A DNA stretch of 64,000 nucleotides from positions 36,764,259 through 36,828,258 of the forward strand of contig NC_068993.1 of assembly GCF_001194135.2 (NCBI RefSeq), read 5' to 3'. A program made the translations under genes and the position numbers. Below the pieces are notes generated by a model that saw only the letters and a list, made by a program, of their open reading frames with translations, searched no databases and was not told where the DNA came from. This document shows positions 37,517 through 48,635 of this stretch, piece by piece; positions within the stretch are counted from its first letter, which is position 1; every line of letters begins with the position of its first letter. The stretch comes from Octopus bimaculoides. Taxonomy: Eukaryota.

Positions 37517-37989
37517 TTAAATCAGTCATGTGAAACCTGCAGTCTGCATGACTTTCTCAATGGAACACTTAATGGAAAATTACCTTTAATGTCTTCAATA
37601 GTGTGACCTGCCTGATGAACCATGCCCCAAGCAGCTCACTTCACAAAAAAGGTTGCTTGTGCTTGACTAAATCTTTGGTCAATCAGGTCGCTGTCAAATA
37701 ACTGAGTGAATTGCACCATTATTTGTAATCAAAAGTATCCATCACTTTGGCAGTAGACTTTAATAACTTTGAGATGAAGAAACTAGTGGGGATTGAACAA
37801 CACATGTTAATGAACCATTTGCTAATTATTAAGTACTATTTCTCTTTGTAACATTGAGTTATTCCTATGTAGTTGTAGTACCTATTTTACTGCAAAGCAA
37901 GTATAAACATATTAGTAAGAGAGAGATCCAAACATAAATAAGATCAACTTTTGGATCTCTTCCAATCAGCTCCATCATATTAAGTCTCC

Positions 37990-38530
37990 ATATACTGCTC
38001 TCTCTCTCTCTCTCTCTCCTTCTCATCCATCGTTCACTACATCTTTTTTTCTATGTGCCTCTCTAATGCTACTCTCTTTCCTACCTCTCACTCACTTGTG
38101 TAAAAATAAAATAAATAAAAGATGGTGTTTCATAATCTATGTCCATATTCAATTCCACCCTTTACCCTCACACTTCTCTATTGTTAGTAATCATTCTCCC
38201 ACCCTAATCTTTCATTACTGACATCTATTACACCCATTCTCTCACCACCACCCATCATCATCTTGCACATTACTCCCTCCTCTAGCACTCGTTTTTGACA
38301 TCTGTCACCCACTCTTCTCAACAATCTCTTTCTCCACTCTCTCTTATTTGCACTCCTATCACCCTCTCTTCTCCCCTCATATCACTCTCTTCCTCCACTA
38401 CACCACGGATGCTGACAGTTATCATATAGGTTTCTATCTCCCTCCCCCCACTCTCCTTCCTCTCATTCCTATGATTCTGATTATTTTCCACTACTCTTTC
38501 TCCTATCTTGCTTTGGCTCTCTTTCATCAC
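37990..38530. repeat. Degenerate pyrimidine-rich (CT/CAC) low-complexity tract
   Basis: (CT)n seed and a strongly C/T-biased plus strand; compositional mirror of 53030-53650. Confidence 0.7.
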
Positions 38531-39534
38531 TCACTTTATCTGCAAAGGACAACATAAGCCAGAGAAAACTCTTGGGTCTTGCCAGGGACAAGACACCCTC
38601 TCTGGTGCCAGTGCCACAATAAAATGTTACCCGATACACTCTACAAAGTGGCTGGTCATGCAAAAGGGTATCTAGACATGGAATCTGTGCCACAAATGAA
38701 ATGTATGAGTTAGATGTGTCCTTGACCAATCTAAGAAGGCAGTTATTCCAATTAAGAGCAGGGCCATAATGACCTGTCTAACCCATGCCAGCATGGAAAA
38801 GCAGATGTAAAAGTTGCTGATGATGATGATGTCAATAATGTATATTGAGTAATTTAAGACATGTTTTAGCTGACATTCTAAATATGACTTTAAACAGCGT
38901 CTGGTTGTGGGACTCTGGTTTGAGAGTTCCATGGTTTTTGAAGAGTGTGGAGTGGTAGCACCTGTCGGGGTCCCAGCTGTAGTTAAATAGCATGTAACCA
39001 GCTGAGTCAGGGTACATTGAAATCATAGGTAGCAACATGGTGGATGCGACCTATTTCAATAGATGGACTTATTGAGCCAATGATGACTGTCACTAAATGC
39101 TGATCGGATGAACAGACAGCAAACTGTCAATGGCCAAGATCAACCAGTTTAGTTAGTAAACAGCAGCTATTATCTGTAGTTATTGTGTGCACAGATGAAA
39201 TATTTCAGCTAGCAAAAAAAAAAAAAAAAACCACTGTGACTAAAATTCTGACTAGACATTCATGCCTCATTGCTCAATCGGGACATTTATTATGGAAAGG
39301 TTACATTGGTTCAAGCAAGCTGCCCGACCTGAATAATCGCTCAGTGTCCAATACGCTTGTTGACTCAGCTAACCATGCACTCATTAAGTAAGGACCAATT
39401 AACAAACAACATTTCCATCCCTTTAAAAGCACAAAGAGAAGGGACAATCATTGATAAGTTAGCTTAATCAGTGATATACATACATCTATTTCAGTGAAAT
39501 AATTAAGGTAACCAAACGCTGAAAATGCTTAATG

Positions 39535-39541
39535 AAAAAAA

Positions 39542-39574
<33 letters not shown>
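39535..39574. repeat. Poly(A) run
   Basis: About 40 nt, nearly pure A. Confidence 0.9.
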
Positions 39575-39575
<1 letters not shown>

Positions 39576-42500
39576 AGCAACATTTTACAGCTATATTGCA
39601 GTTTTATAATGGTTTGAGTCCTTAACCCTTTCGATACCAATCCACCTGAGATTGCCTCTTGTTCTATAATACAAGCTTCGTCTTTTAAAGCGATCTAATA
39701 TCTTCCATCAAAATTTCATGTGAATTTATGATCTAAACATCACATTAATAAAGACAAAGTTATTCTACTAAATTTTCCATTATTTTCAGAATTGATTGAA
39801 ACAAAAGCAAAGCATTTCAACAGAAATATGGTAACAAATGGTAATGGTTAAATGCTTTCCTAGATAAATAGTTTGTCTATGTAATTAGATAGCACTACAT
39901 ACAGATGCTCATCAAATAAGCTATTCTGCTAGATAAGAAAAAAACTGATGATACAAAGAAGACTAATATATTATTGACACTTTGGGTCAGTATCTTCTAC
40001 TACAGCCCCAGGTGGATCAATATCCTGTGAAAAGATTTGGTAGATAGAAACTGAAAGAAGCCTGTCATGTATGTTTGTGAGAATGTACTCACACGCATGC
40101 ATGTATGTATTGCTGTCTTTTTGCCTTGACATCACATAGTAGTTAACAAGTGTCGCTGTCATGTAAGCAGTGTCCTTGGTTTCCAATCTTCCAGGAAAAC
40201 ATGTCTGGTTATGGGGAAATATTACTTTAACTAGAAACAGATGAGGGCTAGTGATAAGAAGGGCATCTGGCTGTAGAAAATTCATCTCAACAAATTTCAT
40301 CCAATCCTTGCAAACATGGAAAAGTGAATGTTATGATGATGATGACGATGAGAGGAAAATTTTTGATCCGATTTAGTATTAGGAATTTAAATATGAAGAC
40401 ACCTGTCCCCAGATTGAACTATTAACAGCTTTTGGCTCTTGGTCAATGATGGGACTCAGAAACTTGGTAGAAATGGTACAGCACTAAACTAAAAAACAGA
40501 AAAGCCAAGTTTTGATGGGAACATCTTCTCAGTGGTGGTATGATAAAACGTATGCAGTCCATACCTCTATAATCACTGACCATGTAAACAGTATTGAATT
40601 GTAAACTTCTAACAATCTCCAGAACATTTCATAATCCATTTATTACATGTATGAATGAGAAATTACACCCTCTCATTCAACATGCACACAAGTACGTACA
40701 CACACACATTTATAATTCAAAATTTGAAATGTCATTACACAAAATTTCTAGGTGGGTTGTCATTAGATGATCTAAACCCTAATATGTAATATATATATAT
40801 ATATATATATGTATGTATATAATGTATGTATGTATTAACTGAGTGGATGTAGGATTGCTACCAGTGAGTTTAGAGTTCCATGTGAAGCATTTAATCTATG
40901 TAAGATAATGCAGAAGTTGCGAGTAACCACAATGGTGAAATGTACATATGGAACAAATGATAAACTTGCATTTCTCATATAATTCCTCATGATGAACAAT
41001 GTTAGAAGGGGAAAAAAATGACAAAAAAATGCAGATTAACCTGCTCTGTGTTCAAAATAGCAAAATTATAGAAATGAAGATTAAAACATTAAAAAAAAAT
41101 CACAAAAAAACAAAATACAAAAGATATATATGAGAATTAGTTCAAACAAACAGAAGTGTTGCAAGAATAAAGAATAGTTTAAAATCAATCAAGAAAAGCC
41201 ATGTTTTCATGAAATGGAATCGAATTTTCATGCATCGTCAATGTAAAACATAGAAACATAGTTGTTGATTTTCAAGTTGATTAGTTGCTTTGTTTTGTGT
41301 CAACAAATAAACAAACAGCTCCTCCTCTAATGAAAGAGGGATGAAACTGTTGGGGGAATGGAAAAAAAAAAAAAAAATGATGAAACATCAGGTTGGCAGA
41401 CACTAATCATGGAAACAGATGGAAAGACATTATAAACCAATATAGACACCTACCTTTTTAGAAAACATTTTAGTCCACGACCTTCATCACCCAAACACAT
41501 TCAGCAACCAGAACTTGGGGTGTTTAATGTTGATGTGAAAATGGTAAATCCTTGGTACCACTTCATATAACCTTGCTTGCCATTACTTTTTAAAATATGA
41601 CTAATTTTAGATAGGGAAATGTCAATAAGCTCAAATAAGCTCTGCTTTAAAACTAGCTTTTGCAACTAGTTATCAGTCTGTGCTGGTTATATCCCTGGCT
41701 CACATGATCCTTTTCGCAATAGTAATCCAGTGTGGAAAGAAACTTAGATGTGAATAATCCAAGAGCTGATTAGTAATGAAATCTTCCACTGGCAGATAAA
41801 GATGAGCCACATAATATCGGAAAGTTCACTTGACTAGACTGCCGATAGCCAAATGGCATTTTTCAGGGGAATTTTAAATAAAACATAGAAATAAAACTTA
41901 TAGCGATATATTTATATTTATATTTATATATATATAAAAAGAAAATGGTAAAAGAAAATAGCCCCTTGGCATATGTGGTGGTTTTCATACCCCTTTATTT
42001 TCCAGAGATAAAGATTTTTATTTACTTAAAACGGCATTTTTGCGAACCATGCTGGATGTTTCTCTTCCCTTTTTAGAAATCTCTTCCTTCTTTATCAAGA
42101 TATTTCAGAATGATGTCTGCGGAGAGCTCTAATTTCTCTATCAACATAGACTTTCCTTTCATCTCCACTGTAACAGCATGCTATCTCTGCTCTGTATGTT
42201 GTTAACGGATTGCTGTAAATAGGTTTTGATATTAAGCTCATTCCATTCACCTGCTTATCTTCCTTCCTCCAGTTACGTCTCGTACACTTCTAGAAATACT
42301 TCCCTAATTTCAAATAAATTCATTGCGAGCTGTTGCAAACTTCCCATCAGTAAATTCTTCGTACTTGTGATGTATTTATTTGCTGTAAATGCCAAATAGG
42401 AGAACAGCCATGAATTTCGGAAACCCTCGATGTTAATGAGATCATCAGTGAGAGAGGGAGAACAGCAGGGAAAAAAATAAGCAGCGATGTATCAAATAAG

Positions 42501-43951
42501 ATACATTAACGAGATTGATATTACTTTATTTTAATGATGCTTCTTTCTTTTGACTTGCTTTCTGTTGTTAAACTGGCCTGAGACTTTCCCCACTAAAATC
42601 AATGTGGAAAAAAAAATGAGGGAAAAAAAAAAGATTGACACCAAACTTTAATAAACTAAATTCTTGTTTGCCCAGCCATTTATTTTCTTCCTTCTTTCTT
42701 CAAATATCTATATATAAATGTGTGTGTGTGTGTGTATATATATATATGTATATATACAAATGTATAAATTTATATATATACACACACATACATATATACA
42801 TTTCCACTTCAATTTTTAGATCAATGATTTCATCCTTATCTGTGTCGGTTCATCCACAATTCCACAGGCAAATACAAGCATCACTGCTGTTCTCAAATAC
42901 TTCCTGTTGATTACACGGCGGTCTGATCTGTCACAGATTTGGAATTCATCTTCATCATTGAGATTTCGGTGTAGATGTGGAGAACAATTCTTCAAATGAA
43001 CAGGTTAATGGAACTTCTAAGCTCTTGCCAAAATAATACTTTCCATCATCTTCAAGAGAGTCGGAAATTCCTGCTTCACACTGACGACTATTTCGACATT
43101 AACATTTCTTGATAAATAACCTCAAAATATTTCGATAATATTTCTAGAGAGAAAATTTTGTTTGGTGGGGTTTTATTAGTTAAGTACTCCAAAATAATTT
43201 AATGGTGTGGAATCAAATTGCAGCCCACCAAGATGATCGTAGGAGGCATATGGATTTTTAATAAAACTTCCAAGACTTCACACCAATGATGTCGGTTGGC
43301 ACTGAATTCATTGTGTAAATTCTAGCTATGTGATATATATTCTCTCATAAACACCAATATATAGATCCTCTTGATGTAGACCAAGAAAATCTGGAGACTG
43401 CAATGAAACAGCAAGCATCATGGAGTCTCATCTAAAGCGCGCACACACTTTTCAGTAGCGGACATGCTTCAGTGGTTTCTTCCACACGCTGTTATCGACA
43501 CAAAAATGAACATTCCCTATTAGTAGTAGTAATAACAATAGTAGTAGTAGGAGGAGTAGGAGTAGCTACACATACCCAGCAACTGCTCGTTATAAATATT
43601 AAAAAGCATTTTTTTTTTTTTCCTTTTTAAACATTTTCACTATTAAGGGTACAAGTGAAAATTGAACCACGCATGAATTAAGCGTGATAATATTTCTGGA
43701 CACCTGTCGATCTCAAAATCACACGACTGCAACAGCTGAAAGGTAATCAATCACTCCTTGGTCTGCTTCTGTGTCTTGGGCCATACACTGCCTCTGTCCC
43801 CAGAGGCTGGTCAGGTAACACAGGTCGGTTGCTCAACTGATTTGGATGCGAGACAGGTGAGCGTGCAGCAAGTAGTGCTGCTTCCTTTGGTAGAATCACC
43901 TACAACCCTAGTTTGTCTGAAGTTGACTCAAGCTGAGACATCCATACTAAC

Positions 43952-43998
43952 CTTTGTTGAAGTGGATGAGGCTGACTCCAGCTTTCTTCGTTTCGCTT
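43952..43998 (-). CDS. THOC2: THO complex subunit 2 exon with NLS-like KRRK (last confidently placed exon)
   Basis: gtctttttag|AA GCG AAA CGA AGA AAG...AAG|gttagt, 47 nt, (E)AKRRKLESASSTSTK, comparable to THOC2 EQKRRKID...STVK. Phase 1 to 0. Confidence 0.85.
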
Positions 43999-44094
43999 CT
44001 AAAAAGACAAAAGACAACATACAAAGTAATTAAAAAAAGCAAACAAATATCATACATCAATACTCACACATGCATACACATATTCATACATGTA

Positions 44095-45374
44095 CAGGGC
44101 GACCCAAAAGTTCTGTTACATTTTTTGAAGTTTAGTTTAACATAAAAAGTGGCAATTTTATCATTATTTCATATCATTTTAAAGATTTTGTTGTCTTCTT
44201 TTGGGTTCTGAACTCATCTTTTAGCTAAGAGATATAGTCTTATCCAAAATTAGAATGGAACATGAATGATCAGCTGTAATTGAGCTACATCAAACTGCCA
44301 AGTTGCCATCAGAAATTTTGAGCCTTCTCAATTGGCCAAAAATGAAGTGAATGTTCATCTATCAAACCATCAATTGATTCAAAGACAATGGAGGAGTACA
44401 AGGTTGAGGGAGAACACGACATCCCAGGTTCCTGAAAATCATCACTTCCAGAGTTCACAGAAATCCAAAGCACTCCATCAGAAAGATGGCTGCTGAGCTG
44501 GGAGTTTCAAGAGAATTTTTGAGGCAAGTTGCCAAAAGTGACTTGGGACTTGCTTCATTGAAACACTGAAAAGTTCACAGCCTAACAACTGTTTCAAAGG
44601 GAAAGAGACTTACAAGAAGTTGTGCACTGCTTGAGTGGCTCGATACTCACGGCTTGGAGACTGCTCTGCACAGACAAGAAGTTGTTCACTGTTAAAGAAG
44701 CTCACAACAGCCAAAATGACAAGGTTCTTGCGGAAAACACTCAGTCATGTCCAGAGGATGCCAGAAATATCCACCACACTCAAAAACCCTTATCTGTGAT
44801 GGTTTGGGCTGGAGTGTCTTTGATGGGGAAAACTCTTACTTTTGTTTCTGAAGGAGTCAAAATCAAAGCTGCAAGCTATGAAAAACTCATTATTAAGCCT
44901 ATGGTGAAACATTTGAGCTAAGAATTGTTCAATGGTAGCCCCTTTCTCTTCCGGTAGGACGGAGCACCTGCCCACAGGACACAGAGGTGGGTTAGCAATA
45001 ATGTCCCAGATTTTTTGTCCAAGGGAAAATAGCCTCCCTCAAGCCCAGACCTCAACTCAATAGACTTTAGCATTTGGTTCATCTTGGAGACCAATGCTTG
45101 TGCTAAATCTCATCATTTAGTAGTGGATTTAAAGAGGTCTCTGCAGTGTGAATGGAATAAAATACCACTAGAAGTCTTCCAAGCCGCTGTTGAAGCAGTG
45201 CCTGGTAAACTTAAGGCTGTAATAAAAAAAACGATATGGATTTATTGAACAATGTTTTTGTTGTAACATTGCTGAAAATGTTAAAAACTAGTGTGAAAGT
45301 TTTCAAGTAAATTGGTTCAGATTTGGCTGAAATATGTTGTTTAATCTTTGTAACAGAACTTTTGGGTCACCTTG
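44095..45374 (+). mobile_element. Full-length but decayed Tc1/mariner transposon (DD37D/maT-like motifs)
   Basis: 26-bp TIRs cagggcgacccaaaagttctgttaca / tgtaacagaacttttgggtcaccttg (2 mismatches), TA on both sides, 1280 bp. Remnants TDKKLFTV..HNSQND..SVMVWAGVS..GVKI..*DGAPAH..W..*PPSSPDLNSIDFSIW with in-frame stops. Confidence 0.9.
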
Positions 45375-46095
45375 TACACACAAAACAAATCCAAACTGAT
45401 TAACTACCTACAACAATACAAAAATATTTTTGAGAGTAATTTGGTTTACTAATCAACTATATTTGCTTTTAATTGATTAATCAGATATGATAATAGTTCT
45501 CTATGGTTCATGAAAAAACATGTAGTAGATGAAAAAAATTAAGACATTTTCTCAACCAGAATCTATTTGATAATGCAAATATATAATTATTGTCTTCAGT
45601 TGAAACATCAAAGGAAAGGTTAACACAAGCTGTATCATTAAATAATGTTTGTAGTTTGTTTTCCTTGTCTTTGATGTGTTGTTGACACCTGTATTCTTAT
45701 CAATTGTCTAGAAGCTATGAAGATGGTTAAGAAATACCAATTGGAACACTGTGTCAATAACATAAGACAAAGAACATCCTAAAATTCATCATCAACATCA
45801 TTTTAAAGTCCACTTTTCCATGATTGTATGGGTCAGACAGAATTTGTTACAGCAGATATTTTTCTACAGCAGGATACCCTCCCTGACATCAACCCTTACC
45901 TGTTCCCAAGCAAGGTAATATTTCCCCTTTGTTTTTTGCAGAAAACTGGAAACAAACAAGATCGCTTGTATGATGGTGATGCTCATTTACAATCATTATA
46001 TCAGAATAAGTGTACGCATGCACGCACACATCTGGCAGCCTCACTAGCACTGGAGGACCAGGAATTGTACAGGACATTTGGTTGAAAAGTCAACA

Positions 46096-46480
46096 GGCGT
46101 AGGAGTGGCTATGTGGTAAGTAGCTTGCTTATGAATCACATGGCTCTGGGTTCATTCCCACTGCGTAGCACCTTGAGCAAGTGTCTTCTACTATAGCCTC
46201 AAGCCAACCAAAGCCTTGCGAGTGGATTTGGTAGACGGAAACTGAAAGAAGTCCGTCGTATGTATGTGCGTGTGTGTCTGTGTTTGTTCCCCCAACATCG
46301 CTTGACAACTGATGCTGGTGCATTTACATTCCCGTAACTTAGCGGTTCGGCAAAAGGGAATGATAGAATAAGTACTAGGCTTAAAAACAATAAGTCCTGG
46401 GGTCGATTTGCTTGACTAAAAGGCGATGCTCCAGCATGGCCACAGTCAAATGACTGAAACAAGTAAAAGTGTAAAGAGTA
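46096..46480 (+). mobile_element. Complete long tRNA-derived SINE (~385 bp)
   Basis: ggcgtaggagtggctatgtggtaag (A box)...gggttcattcccactgcg (B-box-like)...gcaccttgagcaagtgtc...(GT)n...gactgaaacaagtaaaag. Confidence 0.9.
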
Positions 46481-46559
46481 GGGAATGTGAACAGCAACAT
46501 CAGTTTCCATTCAAGTGGTAACAAGCGAAGACACACACACACACAAAACCACCACCACC

Positions 46560-46790
46560 ATCTTCATCATCCTTTAATGTCTGCTTTCTATGCTGGCATG
46601 GGTTGAAAGGTTTGACCAGAGCAGGCAAGCTGCACCAGATTCCAGTCAGATTTGACTTGGTTTCTATGGCTGGATGCCCTTCTTAATGCTAACCACTTAA
46701 TAGTGTGTGTTAGGTGCTTTTAACATGACACTGGCACAAGTGCTTTTACATGGCACTAGCATGAGTGCTTTTTAAATGGCACTGGCATAT
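46560..46790 (-). mobile_element. RTE-type 3' tail
   Basis: tttaatgtctgctttctatgctggcatgggttg...ggctggatgcccttcttaatgctaaccac. Confidence 0.75.
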
Positions 46791-46934
46791 GATTCTTCCA
46801 GGCCAATCCTCTTTACCAGAGGATGTAGTCTTCACACTTCTGCTGTGAAGGACAGCTTTCTTTGATTATAGCAAGACGCCATATTTTTTTTCTCTGCTTT
46901 TTATTTTTCTTTGCTTTTTTTCTCTCTGCTTTTT

Positions 46935-47062
46935 TCTTTCTGTGGAAGAGCATAGGCTCGAAACGTTAAAGACTTTTTCAATTCCCGAGCGTTATACTAA
47001 TACATCTGTTTGATTTCTACACCACCTGTCTTCGTCTTTTGTTTTGTTGTGAATTCTCCCTA
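46935..47062 (+). mobile_element. Probable Penelope-like element terminal repeat with hammerhead-like motif
   Basis: tcttt-CTGTGGA-A-gagc-atag-gctc-GAA-ACGT-T-aaaga folds as a type I hammerhead; runs into (TA)n and a gap. The Penelope assignment is inferred. Confidence 0.55.
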
Positions 47063-47889
47063 TATATATANNNNNNNNNNNNNNNNNNNNNNNNNNNNNN
47101 NNNNNNNNNNNNNNNNNNNNNNNNNNNNNNNNNNNNNNNNNNNNNNNNNNNNNNNNNNNNNNNNNNNNNNNNNNNNNNNNNNNNNNNNNNNNNNNNNNNN
47201 NNNNNNNNNNNNNNNNNNNNNNNNNNNNNNNNNNNNNNNNNNNNNNNNNNNNNNNNNNNNNNNNNNNNNNNNNNNNNNNNNNNNNNNNNNNNNNNNNNNN
47301 NNNNNNNNNNNNNNNNNNNNNNNNNNNNNNNNNNNNNNNNNNNNNNNNNNNNNNNNNNNNNNNNNNNNNNNNNNNNNNNNNNNNNNNNNNNNNNNNNNNN
47401 NNNNNNNNNNNNNNNNNNNNNNNNNNNNNNNNNNNNNNNNNNNNNNNNNNNNNNNNNNNNNNNNNNNNNNNNNNNNNNNNNNNNNNNNNNNNNNNNNNNN
47501 NNNNNNNNNNNNNNNNNNNNNNNNNNNNNNNNNNNNNNNNNNNNNNNNNNNNNNNNNNNNNNNNNNNNNNNNNNNNNNNNNNNNNNNNNNNNNNNNNNNN
47601 NNNNNNNNNNNNNNNNNNNNNNNNNNNNNNNNNNNNNNNNNNNNNNNNNNNNNNNNNNNNNNNNNNNNNNNNNNNNNNNNNNNNNNNNNNNNNNNNNNNN
47701 NNNNNNNNNNNNNNNNNNNNNNNNNNNNNNNNNNNNNNNNNNNNNNNNNNNNNNNNNNNNNNNNNNNNNNNNNNNNNNNNNNNNNNNNNNNNNNNNNNNN
47801 NNNNNNNNNNNNNNNNNNNNNNNNNNNNNNNNNNNNNNNNNNNNNNNNNNNNNNNNNNNNNNNNNNNNNATATATATATATATATATAT

Positions 47890-48058
47890 ATACACACAAC
47901 GGGCTTCTTTCAGTTTCTGTCTACCAAATCCACTCACAAGGCTTTGGTCGGCCTGAGGCTATAGTAGAAGACACTTGCCCAAGGTGCCACGCAGTGGGAC
48001 TGAACCCGGAACCAAGTGGTTCGTAAGCAAGCTCCTTACCACACAGCCACTCCTATGC
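47890..48058 (-). mobile_element. tRNA-derived SINE head (young-looking)
   Basis: acgggcttctttcagtttctgtctaccaaatccactcacaaggctttggtcggcc...gtgggactgaacccggaacc...cacacagccactcctatgcct. Confidence 0.9.
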
Positions 48059-48225
48059 CTAATATTTTCTTATTCAAATTGTTTTGAAATCCATCATGCA
48101 TTATGTTATAGTTCAGAGGCATCGATGATGTGACAGGTTATTTTTAGAATGCCAGTGTAGGTTAGGTGTAAAAGGCTAGATATGGCCAGTTTAACTATAA
48201 AACAAAAAAGAATGACAATACTAAC

Positions 48226-48635
48226 CCCGGTCATCAGGATGTTTCGGAGAAGTTTCTACACTTCGTCGATGCTGGTTACAACTTCCTCCTCCAGACGCTA
48301 CCATAGTTGAAGGTTTCTCATTGTATCTGCTACTGCTACTGCTGCTACTACTTCCAATGTCCTTCTCCTTGTAGTAACTGTCTTTAATCTTTTTCTCTTC
48401 GTATTTCTCGTCATCCTTCTCCTGTTTACGCAGTTTTTTCTCTTCAGACTTCTCTTTGCTGGTCGTCTTCTCCTTTGATCCGCTCAACCTTTCTTTCGTG
48501 ACAATCTTTTCTTCATGACTTTTGCTGTGTCTCTTCTCCTCTTTATGCCGGTTCTCTTTGTCACTATTTTTCTCGGGTGACCTTTCTTTGCTAGTCCCTC
48601 TCTCTTTTAAAGGATTTCTCTCTTCTTTCAAGGCA
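48226..48635 (-). CDS. THOC2: THO complex subunit 2 exon (Lys/Glu/Ser-rich tail)
   Basis: cttcttttag|T GCC...CGG G|gttagt, 410 nt, (S)ALKEERNPLKERGTSKERSPEK...SSSSSSSSRYNEK...ETSPKHPDDR. Coincides with ORF 48221-48697. Phase 2 to 1. Confidence 0.9.

Noticed and set aside
37922-37960. 11-bp inverted repeat agagatccaaa/tttggatctct
   Set aside because: Short, with a 17-nt spacer; expected occasionally by chance in 64 kb of AT-rich DNA.
40402-40500. Possible minus-strand exon CCTISTKFLSPIIDQEPKAVNSSIWGQ
   Set aside because: Needs the second of two nearby AGs, has a weak donor (gtgtct) and no homology; compatible with chance.
42000-43520. Protein-looking minus-strand translations (e.g. KNPYASYDHLGGLQFDSTPLNYFG, VLFWQEL, weak RGS-like impression)
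   Set aside because: About 12 stops in about 230 codons is what random AT-rich DNA gives, and no family could be matched. Not called a pseudogene without a tblastx hit.
43758-44033. 91-aa plus-strand ORF
   Set aside because: Antisense shadow of the THOC2 exon and its GC-richer flank.
46096-46170. tRNA-like A/B boxes here and in many other copies
   Set aside because: They are SINE heads continuous with SINE bodies; no full cloverleaf, so not called tRNA genes.
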